DNA of 32,789 nt from a virus (IMGVR_UViG_3300011334_000360:1-32789); one strand, 5' to 3'; shown: positions 1 to 7,096, counted from the stretch's first letter. Notes: generated by a model from the letters alone, not told the origin. Program-made: numbers and translations.

Positions 1-39
1 CGCTTGAATCACCCGCTGGCATTACCTACCGAGACAGCG

Positions 40-183
40 CCTGGCATGACCGAGTATTGGCACGGCACTGCATCGCCTGACATGACACCGGCACGACAGC
101 CCAACAGAGCCGGCACGACATCGCCTAGCATCGGCTGAGACAGCACCCGCTCACACGTCCACACCCGCACCGCTCACACATCC
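40..183. repeat. GC-rich non-coding region with short imperfect direct repeats, possibly near a genome end
   Basis: CCGGCACGACA occurs twice, CCGCTCACAC twice and CATCGCCT twice; no credible ORF; lies upstream of the first promoters. Confidence 0.5.
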
Positions 184-251
184 AACGATCGTTTAAATCA
201 CTCGCTTGCTTGTCTTGGCATCGTCCCAAACCTAACGAAAAAATTATTTGC

Positions 252-281
252 TTGACATGTTTTAGAAATGCTGTGTAAAAT
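252..281 (+). promoter_or_regulatory. sigma70-like promoter
   Basis: TTGACA (252-257), 18 nt, TAAAAT (276-281); A/T-rich upstream; TGCTGTGTAAA shared with the promoter at 20296-20323. Confidence 0.6.
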
Positions 282-383
282 CAGTACAAGAAAGAACGGA
301 TGATAATGCTTGTGTTGTGTGCATCTCATGCTTGGTGATTGCCTCGCGTGTATTGAGTAAATTCTTTGAAGTGGATGAATAGG

Positions 384-464
384 TTTCCCTGATGCTTTCC
401 CTGATGCTTTCCCTCAATACTTTCCCCTTGATTCTTCCCTTGATTCTTCCTCGCTTTCCCTCGC
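384..464. repeat. degenerate ~12-bp pyrimidine-rich tandem repeat
   Basis: TTTCCCTGATGC x2, TTTCCCTCAATAC, TTTCCCCTTGATTC, TTCCCTTGATTC, TTCCTCGC, TTTCCCTCGC. Confidence 0.85.
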
Positions 465-559
465 TGATTCTCTGCCGATCATGCCTCGAATTGATGCTTT
501 GCGCCTCGATTTCCCCGCTTGTCTTGTGAAATGCTGAAAAAATCTTGCGCAATAAAGCC

Positions 560-637
560 TTGATAATCAACGGTAAATGAGAAAAGTGAAAATAATTGTT
601 AAAATGTTGTAGACATTGCTCGCGAATCGGTTATCTT
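560..637 (+). promoter_or_regulatory. early promoter with A-rich UP-like region
   Basis: TAGACA (610-615), 16 nt, TATCTT (632-637); upstream A-rich tract resembles 7431-7486. Confidence 0.5.
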
Positions 638-688
638 TTGCCTGTCGCCGCGATTGGCGATCACAACAACTTGAAAATATACTTGAAT

Positions 689-1063
689 ATGAAACACACG
701 CTGAATACCTACGACATTGCAAATGCACTCCTCGCTGACACTAACGCAGCTTGGTCGCACGCTGGAGCTTACGCGCTCGCCGAATACCTGGAGGATTATG
801 AGGAGTCAACTGGCGAGGAGCTAGAGCTGGACGTTGTGGCTATCCGCTGCGACTTCTCAGAATACGCCTCATTGCAAGATTGGGCGAGCGAATACTTCGG
901 CGACGAGTCACAAGCGGCTGATGCACTAGGTCTTGATATTGATATGGACGGCGTGACAGTCGCGAATGACGAGTCAGAGATCGAGGAGGCAATCCGCGAA
1001 TATATCCAAGACCACGGTACACTGATCGAATTTGATGGCGGCATTATAACCTCCAGCTTCTGA
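689..1063 (+). CDS. acidic early phage protein (possible DNA-mimic/anti-restriction type)
   Basis: ATG 689 (MKHTLNTY...); very D/E-rich (YLEDYEESTGEELELDVVAIRCDFSEY); first gene after the promoters; function inferred. Confidence 0.75.
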   Translation: MKHTLNTYDIANALLADTNAAWSHAGAYALAEYLEDYEESTGEELELDVVAIRCDFSEYASLQDWASEYFGDESQAADALGLDIDMDGVTVANDESEIEEAIREYIQDHGTLIEFDGGIITSSF

Positions 1064-1114
1064 GCCGCTGACGAGTCCCAGGCAAGGGACGAAATCCCCG
1101 CAAGGGGATACGGC
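1064..1114 (+). ncRNA. type I hammerhead ribozyme (HH1)
   Basis: GCCG-CUGACGA-GUCCC(AGGCAA)GGGAC-GAAA-UCCCC(GCAA)GGGGA-UA-CGGC; complete catalytic core, three perfect stems, AUA cleavage triplet (cut after 1110). Confidence 0.93.
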
Positions 1115-1120
1115 ACAAGC

Positions 1121-1144
1121 CACAACACAACACAACACAACACA
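1121..1144 (+). repeat. (CACAA)n tandem repeat forming an unstructured leader
   Basis: CACAACACAACACAACACAACACA between HH1 and ATG 1147. Confidence 0.85.
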
Positions 1145-1146
1145 GA

Positions 1147-1389
1147 ATGAAAACTAAAACATCCGCAATCAAACACGCTCGCCAAATCGTATCGACACTG
1201 TCAGTCTTTGGAGATGGTTACTATTTCGCAACCTATGACGAAAAAATGAATGCATGGTGGCAACATGTCCCCAAATCATTCCACGCATCAACATTTGACC
1301 GCTCGCAAGCGTTGATCGACGCAGCCCGAGACTATCTCGATTTGCCGCCCGCGCAATATGACGGCGGGGCATGGACCGACTATGTTTAA
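1147..1389 (+). CDS. hypothetical early protein
   Basis: 80-aa ORF, ATG after A/C-rich leader, co-oriented with neighbours. Confidence 0.75.
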   Translation: MKTKTSAIKHARQIVSTLSVFGDGYYFATYDEKMNAWWQHVPKSFHASTFDRSQALIDAARDYLDLPPAQYDGGAWTDYV

Positions 1390-1429
1390 ACCCACTATCA
1401 CGGAAACCATACACAGCACAACACATACC

Positions 1430-1807
1430 ATGCAAACCATAGACCTACCTGAAATACTAAAGCTCCACAAATTGTGGCTAGAAAAACACCCCGACGGGAG
1501 ACGTGCCGACCTGCGCTGTGCCAACCTGAGCGGTGCCTACCTGAGCGGTGCCTACCTGAGCGGTGCCAACCTGAGTAGTGCCAACCTGAGCGAAGCACAT
1601 GGAATAAGATTAGCCGCGTGCCATTGGACAGCTCACGGAGAGAGGGGGAGACTGTTAAGTGCGGTTGAGATTGAAGGGGAGGTAACATTTTTTTGCGGAT
1701 GCTACCAAGGCAACGAGAGAAGCCTACGCGAGTATATCTCAATGCACAACCCTGAACATGCGAGCAGCCGCACCAAAGCCCTTGAGTTCCTGCTATCCTG
1801 CTTCTGA
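1430..1807 (+). CDS. pentapeptide-repeat protein
   Basis: ADLRC-ANLSG-AYLSG-AYLSG-ANLSS-ANLSE repeats after the typical ILKLHKLWL...GRRADL N-terminus; C-terminal FFCGC motif. Confidence 0.88.
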   Translation: MQTIDLPEILKLHKLWLEKHPDGRRADLRCANLSGAYLSGAYLSGANLSSANLSEAHGIRLAACHWTAHGERGRLLSAVEIEGEVTFFCGCYQGNERSLREYISMHNPEHASSRTKALEFLLSCF

Positions 1808-1851
1808 TTCCTCCCTACAACACAACACCCATGCACAGCACAACACATGCC

Positions 1852-1995
1852 ATGCAACCGACCTGCCAACTAATCCGCCGTCCTATCCGCCGTAACCAAT
1901 GGCGTAAATGGCTCACTGTCACCGCCGAAATCATCGGGGGAGTCGTCACGATTGCCCTACTTGTAACATTAACCCTCCTATGCTTAGCACTGTGA
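1852..1995 (+). CDS. small membrane protein (not in ORF track)
   Basis: MQPTCQLIRRPIRRNQWRKWLTVTAEIIGGVVTIALLVTLTLLCLAL; basic N-terminus plus one hydrophobic helix; stop overlaps next GTG (GTGA); ATG 1831 is an in-frame alternative start. Confidence 0.7.
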   Translation: MQPTCQLIRRPIRRNQWRKWLTVTAEIIGGVVTIALLVTLTLLCLAL

Positions 1996-2333
1996 CCACG
2001 TACGCAGCACTATCCCAGCGCATCCGCGCCGCCGTATCCACCGCTGATCTCGAAGCCTTAGAGAAGCGATGCGATAGGCACTATGCAGCAGGCACTATCA
2101 CGCCCCACGAGCTTTCCCGCTTGGATGAATTAACCATGGATCGCATAGCCAAGAACGGCGTCATAATTGACGAGCTTCACATCGCCCTCAGCGTATTAGA
2201 GCGGCGAGAAATTGATTTTGCCATGCGCGGCATGGTAGAGCACAGAAACTCCACGAGGCTGGCAACGCTGCCGATCAAGCGAGAAATCAACAAACTTGAG
2301 GGGAGGGAAATCTACCCCGAAGCAAGCCACTGA
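1992..2333 (+). CDS. hypothetical protein
   Basis: GTG 1992 coupled to the upstream stop; 3' part of track ORF 1908-2333; its stop codon is the UGA of the HH2 core. Confidence 0.7.
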   Translation: MTTYAALSQRIRAAVSTADLEALEKRCDRHYAAGTITPHELSRLDELTMDRIAKNGVIIDELHIALSVLERREIDFAMRGMVEHRNSTRLATLPIKREINKLEGREIYPEASH

Positions 2334-2373
2334 TGAGCCTAGGCAATAGGCGAAACCGCGCAAGCGGTCTGGC
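2326..2373 (+). ncRNA. type I hammerhead ribozyme (HH2)
   Basis: GCCA-CUGAUGA-GCCUA(GGCAA)UAGGC-GAAA-CCGC(GCAA)GCGG-UC-UGGC; canonical core, GUC triplet (cut after 2369). Confidence 0.95.
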
Positions 2374-2392
2374 ATGAGCCAAATCAAAATAT

Positions 2393-2635
2393 ATGATACT
2401 ATACCAAAAAACAGAAGATCCCCTCGTAATCGTAACCGACTCCAAAACAAAAGACGTGCAGACGAAAAAGCTAACTGGCACTTATTTTCGGATCATTCCC
2501 CCCGCAAATGATCGCGTAAATTGGGTGTTGACATGCTCAGAAATGCACGTTGACCGCTGGGCATCGGCTACAGACTCCACTATGATCATCTCCGAAAATC
2601 TACGCAATCAACTCGTAGCACTATTCCAATGTTAA
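2393..2635 (+). CDS. hypothetical protein
   Basis: 80-aa ORF just downstream of HH2, overlapping the next start. Confidence 0.7.
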   Translation: MILYQKTEDPLVIVTDSKTKDVQTKKLTGTYFRIIPPANDRVNWVLTCSEMHVDRWASATDSTMIISENLRNQLVALFQC

Positions 2636-2946
2636 TAGACAACAAAAGCGCGTTGATACAGTCCGTTGCTGATGTCGTCGGGGTAAAACCTGAAGCCATC
2701 ACTGGCAAGCGGAAACGGTATTCCGAGGCACTAGCTAGGCAGCTCGTTATGACACTCTGGAGTGAAGCACACTCGCTCCAAGACTCAGCCGAAATCGTAA
2801 ATCGAAACCATCACACAGCAGCATTTTATGCGCGGACAAAAACCTACGAGAAATTGCACTATTGCGAGAAATCAAAGGAGCAAATGCGCAAGATATTGCA
2901 AAGATATTCACAGATTATTCTTGAACAAAATGAAACAAGCCACTAA
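2629..2946 (+). CDS. DnaA C-terminal (domain IV)-like HTH DNA-binding protein
   Basis: VADVVGVKPEAITGKRKRYSEALARQLVMTL...SLQDSAEIVNRNHHTAAFYA follows the DnaA_C pattern. Confidence 0.75.
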   Translation: MLIDNKSALIQSVADVVGVKPEAITGKRKRYSEALARQLVMTLWSEAHSLQDSAEIVNRNHHTAAFYARTKTYEKLHYCEKSKEQMRKILQRYSQIILEQNETSH

Positions 2947-2994
2947 AACACTCTTGTGCAGGACATTACTGCACTATCACAACACCAAAATATA

Positions 2995-3573
2995 ATGAAC
3001 CTAGAACACAGCACACCTGAATTGTTTACTGCCCTAGCAAAAATGCAAGGAGAAGTAGAAAACGCCACAAAAGGCTCACTAAATCCACATTTCAAGTCGA
3101 AATACGCGGATCTAGCCGAGGTCTTGAACACCGTTCGCCCAGTATTGGCAGCGAATGGATTATCCGTGATCCAATCGCCCTCGTTTGACGGCGCGATCTG
3201 TCACGTCACCACCACTATCGCCCACAGCGGTGGTGGTTACATTTACGGCACTATGTCCTGCGTCCCTGCTAAAATGGACGGGCAGGGCGTAGGTGCTAGT
3301 ACTACATATTTGAGGCGGTATAGCTTAGCGGCCGTGTGCGGGGTAGCTCAGGAGGATGATGACGGGCAATCTGCCGCGCATAATCGCCCAGTAGTCTATC
3401 CGCTGATCTCCAGCGGTGAAGCTGCCAGAATTCGCGAGAACATCGAAGCACTTGCTATCGACGAACTCGCATTTCTGAAGCACTACGGGGTAACATCTGT
3501 GGCACAGCTAACCACTGACAAAATCGCCAGCATTGACAAAGCGTTCGCAATCAAAGCCAAAGCCAAGCCATGA
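2995..3573 (+). CDS. erf: ERF-family ssDNA annealing protein
   Basis: ALAKMQGEV..ATK...NPHFKSKYADL, QGVGASTTYLRRYSLAAVCGVAQEDDDG. Confidence 0.92.
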   Translation: MNLEHSTPELFTALAKMQGEVENATKGSLNPHFKSKYADLAEVLNTVRPVLAANGLSVIQSPSFDGAICHVTTTIAHSGGGYIYGTMSCVPAKMDGQGVGASTTYLRRYSLAAVCGVAQEDDDGQSAAHNRPVVYPLISSGEAARIRENIEALAIDELAFLKHYGVTSVAQLTTDKIASIDKAFAIKAKAKP

Positions 3574-4376
3574 AAAACGCAACTATTGAATACAATCTAG
3601 GTAGAGCTTACTACTCACGCTCCGCATCGCCGACAAACCTGTCAGGACCTGTCAGCAAGTCGCTACTATGGGATTTCAATCAATCCCCTTACAAGTGGAG
3701 ACACAGCGCCGGCAAGGAATCGACCCGTGCCATGGATCTAGGCACGCTGATTCACGCAGCGATCTTAGAACCCAACATCCCTCTGGATGTCATCGCCGCA
3801 GTATCGCCATTCTCTGATTTCCGCACAAAAGCAGCCCAGGAGTGGAGAGACGATGCGCGAGCAATGGGAAAAATGATTGCTACAGATGACGATATTCGCG
3901 CTGCTAGCGGGTGTGAAGCGGTCTTTTCTGAGGACTATGCGCAACGCTTTGCTGGTGGCTACAAATCCGAGGTGGCAGTTTTTGCCACTATCGGGGCAAC
4001 GGACATAAAAGGCATGATTGACCTTGTGCCTGACAATCTCGACCTGCTTGTGGATCTGAAAACGACTGCCAAAATCGGCAATCTGCGCAACATCACCAAC
4101 ACTATCATTGACCGAGGCTATCACTGGCAAGCAGCGTTATACTTGGATCTGTGGAACGCAGCAAGCGGTGAGAATCGCACTCGCTTTGTTATCTGTTTTA
4201 TCGAGGTAACAGCACCGTATGAATCGGCATGGGTGGAAGTATCACCCGAGTTGATCGAGGCGGGGCGAGTCGGCTACATGAACGCGCTTGCGAAATGGCA
4301 ATCCTGCGTAGCTGTAGGCGTATGGCCTCGACAACATGAGGGCATCACCACTATCGAGAAACCCGCTTACCTATAA
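3570..4376 (+). CDS. PD-(D/E)XK RecE/exonuclease VIII-like nuclease (DUF3799 type)
   Basis: SKSLL, AMDLGTLIHAAILEP, KGMIDL...VDLKTT, GYHWQAALY; adjacent to ERF with ATGA overlap. Confidence 0.9.
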   Translation: MKNATIEYNLGRAYYSRSASPTNLSGPVSKSLLWDFNQSPYKWRHSAGKESTRAMDLGTLIHAAILEPNIPLDVIAAVSPFSDFRTKAAQEWRDDARAMGKMIATDDDIRAASGCEAVFSEDYAQRFAGGYKSEVAVFATIGATDIKGMIDLVPDNLDLLVDLKTTAKIGNLRNITNTIIDRGYHWQAALYLDLWNAASGENRTRFVICFIEVTAPYESAWVEVSPELIEAGRVGYMNALAKWQSCVAVGVWPRQHEGITTIEKPAYL

Positions 4377-4421
4377 ACCAAAAAAGAGGGGGCGCGCATC
4401 TCACACCACGCGTTTTATATT

Positions 4422-4649
4422 ATGAAGAAAAAATATGATGCAGTCGCCACCGTGGGCAAATACACGAAGGACGGAATAGAGAAAAAGCGATATTTGACCG
4501 TAGGAGCGGTTTTTGAGAGCGACGAGGGTAAACTTACCCTAAAGCTGGAAGGAGTGCCTGTATCGCCCGATTGGAGCGGTTGGATCGCATTCTACGAGCC
4601 GAAGTTGGGTTACACTGGAACAACTGAGAACGATACACCGCCATTCTGA
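4422..4649 (+). CDS. small beta-rich protein with acidic C-terminal PF tail (SSB-like)
   Basis: follows recombination genes; ends ENDTPPF; SSB role inferred. Confidence 0.6.
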   Translation: MKKKYDAVATVGKYTKDGIEKKRYLTVGAVFESDEGKLTLKLEGVPVSPDWSGWIAFYEPKLGYTGTTENDTPPF

Positions 4650-4885
4650 TGAACTCTCCAACTCTCACGATTGAAGAAATCAAAAGTAATCTTTGTTATT
4701 ACGACCCAGAGAACCCGAACAATTATCTCGACGGTTTTGATGACGAAGACAGCATCACCCCCAGAGAGAGCGACTGTGCTTGCGACAACTGCTTCTATGG
4801 TCGCGACAAACTTGCTCTATATATCTTGTCGACCGCTTTAATAGGGTCTTCATTCTCTCCACAGAACGAAACACCTCCATTCTGA
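4649..4885 (+). CDS. hypothetical protein in a repeat-flanked cassette
   Basis: 78 aa with CACDNC; ends QNETPPF, duplicating the previous gene's end. Confidence 0.7.
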   Translation: MNSPTLTIEEIKSNLCYYDPENPNNYLDGFDDEDSITPRESDCACDNCFYGRDKLALYILSTALIGSSFSPQNETPPF

Positions 4886-5142
4886 TGAGCATCTTCGACG
4901 ACACGCCGCTGGAAATCGGAACGCAATACTACGATAAGGAAATCATCGGGTGGAATCCTGATGAGAGAAAATATCTAATTGCTTGCCCACGCTTTCGCAC
5001 GAAGGAGCTTTGGCTCTCCAAGGAGAAAGTGGATGCTGAATATGGGAATAGTCTCATGGCAGGAGTAGTGTGCCGCGAGTCGAAGCCAGGAAGCAGCTAC
5101 AACACCCGATATTTCAGAAGTCGGGTAGATAGCCCAGAATGA
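4885..5142 (+). CDS. hypothetical protein
   Basis: ATG 4885 in TGATG overlap (MSIFDDTPLE...). Confidence 0.7.
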   Translation: MSIFDDTPLEIGTQYYDKEIIGWNPDERKYLIACPRFRTKELWLSKEKVDAEYGNSLMAGVVCRESKPGSSYNTRYFRSRVDSPE

Positions 5143-5170
5143 AAAATATCCTTGCCACCTCCATCCAATC

Positions 5171-5383
5171 ATGCAAACTGACCATATGAAAACGCCAACG
5201 TATTCACCCGAAGAGGCAGAGAAAAACGGCTACAAGTCGATTACTACGCTTTATTTCTTCAATGATGAAGCAGACATGAAATATCTCTCTGCTGTTTTGG
5301 CTGATATGGCAAATGTTAAACATTGCCTGATAAAAACGCTCCGAGGAGTGGAGGTGGCAAGGCTTAAAACCGAGATCCTATGA
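5171..5383 (+). CDS. hypothetical protein
   Basis: 70-aa ORF with ATGA overlap to the next gene. Confidence 0.65.
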   Translation: MQTDHMKTPTYSPEEAEKNGYKSITTLYFFNDEADMKYLSAVLADMANVKHCLIKTLRGVEVARLKTEIL

Positions 5384-5583
5384 ACTTGTTCCCAGAATTA
5401 CCAGAGGAGGAATCGCCCCGCCTAAAATGGATGAAAGCGAAGAACATCCACACGCTGAAAACCAAGGATAACAGATGGGTAGCATATAAAAGCGAGACAC
5501 AGCACAATTTCACCCACGAAGATGAGATTGACGCTGTTGTAGGTCTTGCTAAGAAGCTAAAAATCAAACTCTGGAAAGAGTGA
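5380..5583 (+). CDS. hypothetical protein
   Basis: 67-aa ORF (LFPELPEEESPRLKWMK...), translationally coupled. Confidence 0.7.
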   Translation: MNLFPELPEEESPRLKWMKAKNIHTLKTKDNRWVAYKSETQHNFTHEDEIDAVVGLAKKLKIKLWKE

Positions 5584-5611
5584 TTGACTCCGCGCCCGAT
5601 TGTGCTACTTT
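5584..5611 (+). promoter_or_regulatory. promoter for sRNA-1
   Basis: TTGACT, 16 nt, TACTTT, with TG upstream of the -10. Confidence 0.55.
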
Positions 5612-5616
5612 TGCGC

Positions 5617-5763
5617 GTCTGCTATTGTTGAAAGTTGTCTCCATGACATGCGCAAGCTAGGCAATAAAGGACACATCTCATTTACCATGCGTAAAATGAG
5701 ATACGAACACGCTTAGGCGTTTTCAGCAGACCCCGTCAGCACCCACTGGCGGGGTTTTTGTTT
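5617..5763 (+). ncRNA. putative structured small RNA (sRNA-1) with three-way-junction motif
   Basis: GUCUGC/GCAGAC closing stem; core UAUUGU-UGAAAGU-UGUC(UCCAU)GACA-U-GC(GCAA)GC-UAG-GCAAUA; extra hairpin AUCUCAUUUAC/GUAAAAUGAGAU; no ORF; covaries with 7218-7262. Confidence 0.75.
5730..5763 (+). terminator. intrinsic terminator
   Basis: ACCCCGTCAG-CACCCA-CTGGCGGGGT followed by TTTTGTTT. Confidence 0.85.
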
Positions 5764-5806
5764 ACTTTCCCGCGCCTCAATTAAAGAGATTCGCGCTTTT
5801 GTTTAA

Positions 5807-6097
5807 TTAGTGCCATTTTGTGCGATAAACAAAGCAAGTCACAACAACATTGTCTTTCACCACAAAAACCCAATCCTCGGCAGTCGCGTAAAAATACCCG
5901 CTATTTTGATGAACTAGGTGCGCGTGATAAGGGCAGGTTTTACGAATCACCTTGCGCATCTTTTTCCCACATCGACGGCAACCGTTTTCCAGTCGCCGCC
6001 GCGTGTATTCATTATCGCATCCGTGGTATTCTTTCCATCGGTCAAGCGCGTGGTAAGACCATTTCCATAGTATCGGCTTTGAAACTGTAATTGTCAT
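5807..6097 (-). CDS. hypothetical protein with HA..RW.E nuclease-toxin-like motif
   Basis: WSYHALDRWKE...WVFVVKDNVVVTCF resembles small RelE/BrnT-like folds; inference only. Confidence 0.6.
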   Translation of the reverse strand: MTITVSKPILWKWSYHALDRWKEYHGCDNEYTRRRLENGCRRCGKKMRKVIRKTCPYHAHLVHQNSGYFYATAEDWVFVVKDNVVVTCFVYRTKWH

Positions 6098-6282
6098 TTC
6101 GTTCCCTTTCTCAAATCAAGCTCTCCAGTTCTAACGCCGTCAACAAAGGACTCGGTATCTACACCGTGCCAAGCGTTTTGATCCGTGACCGTATTCAAGC
6201 GCGATTCAGTCTTATGGCGAATGCTTTCAATCTCCGCAATGCGTTTCAGTATCGCGATTTCTTCAGGTGTTACTTTGTTCAT
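6094..6282 (-). CDS. hypothetical protein
   Basis: 62 aa, ATGA overlap with the downstream gene, leader GAAAGAACGATATG. Confidence 0.65.
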   Translation of the reverse strand: MNKVTPEEIAILKRIAEIESIRHKTESRLNTVTDQNAWHGVDTESFVDGVRTGELDLRKGTK

Positions 6283-6333
6283 ATCGTTCTTTCTTTCTTC
6301 TGTATTCTAATCTCCACGACAATCAGAGCGGGT

Positions 6334-6729
6334 TCAAAACTCCGTTGTTGCGAAAAATCCGCAATCTCTGCCGCTTGCAATATCTTTTTCAAGCTTTTGG
6401 CGAAACGTGAGCTTGTGTATATTCACCATGTCAACGTGTCCAATCGGATACCCGTGGTGACACTGCCATGCCGACCCGTTCCATCGACTGTAACCGTTTG
6501 GAGTTTTGCCGCATTCGCACTGCCAATGTTCAGGATGGCTTTCATTTGTGTTTTCACTATCCCAATAAATGAGCGAGTCCATCTCATTGTCTGTAATCGC
6601 TCTGGCATCTACAGGTTCAAAATTCAGTGTTGACTCTTGATAGAGAGCGATTGCTTGCTCTAGCGATTTGGCGAAATACCACTCGCAATCGTCAATTTGA
6701 TAAATCCATATTTCTTTTTCTGTATGCAT
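6334..6729 (-). CDS. hypothetical protein
   Basis: ATG 6729 (MHTEKEIWIYQIDDCEWYFAKSLEQA...); leader GAAAGAACAAACGATATG. Confidence 0.7.
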   Translation of the reverse strand: MHTEKEIWIYQIDDCEWYFAKSLEQAIALYQESTLNFEPVDARAITDNEMDSLIYWDSENTNESHPEHWQCECGKTPNGYSRWNGSAWQCHHGYPIGHVDMVNIHKLTFRQKLEKDIASGRDCGFFATTEF

Positions 6730-6994
6730 ATCGTTTGTTCTTTCCTTGTTTATTTCTGTACACAATTAGTCTCATAACCTCCCTAGAGCACACACGATGA
6801 GAAACAATATCTACCATGTGCTTTTATGATTCGGAAACCAGCCCCTTAGGAGTCAACCTCCTGCCACCTCTGCTTAGTCTCATGGTGACAACTCGTTAGC
6901 CCCTTTCGAGCGTTTCAAGCCTAGTGATGAGTGTGGAAGATTCACGTCTTCTCGCGGTGTCCTTTGTTTTGGTCTGTCTTCAGAATCGAACAGG

Positions 6995-7096
6995 GGAAAA
7001 TGAAAAGCCCGTTCGAGATACGACCTTCGAACGGGCTTCCAATGCTATTTGAACACACAGCAAGAAATCTTTGTTAGGCGGTCGTATCGCGCGAAC
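6995..7096 (-). ncRNA. leader A: terminator hairpin whose loop pairs with the transcript 5' end
   Basis: perfect 12-bp stem 7005-7016/7027-7038 plus U-tract on - strand; loop 7017-7025 is the exact reverse complement of 7080-7088; middle hairpin 7043-7062. Confidence 0.75.

Noticed and set aside
384-464. CRISPR-like array
   Set aside because: Repeats are contiguous ~12-mers without unique spacers; no cas genes
262-570. 102-aa - strand ORF
   Set aside because: Its repetitive peptide (RESIRESIRE, GRIKGRIK) is a by-product of the stop-free DNA repeat, and it is antisense to the promoters
1500-1592. 15-bp tandem repeat as a DGR or contingency locus
   Set aside because: It simply encodes pentapeptide repeats; no reverse transcriptase or adenine-specific TR/VR pair in the window
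4882-4920. CTGATGAG...GAAA, a possible third hammerhead (also CTGATGA at 4646 and 4958)
   Set aside because: No stem II closing onto GAAA and no stem III or stem I pairing; explained by TGATG stop/start overlaps or coding sequence
5617-5731. tRNA or tmRNA (paired ends resemble an acceptor stem)
   Set aside because: No T-loop (GTTCRA), D-loop or CCA end; kept as an unknown sRNA
5818-6633. + strand ORFs 5818-6090 and 6091-6633
   Set aside because: They lie after a + strand terminator; the - strand ORFs have shared leader motifs, an ATGA overlap and more protein-like composition
6692-6775. 27-codon - strand ORF behind GGAGG (leader peptide?)
   Set aside because: SD-to-ATG spacing is only about 2 nt and it overlaps the 6729 gene out of frame; no further support
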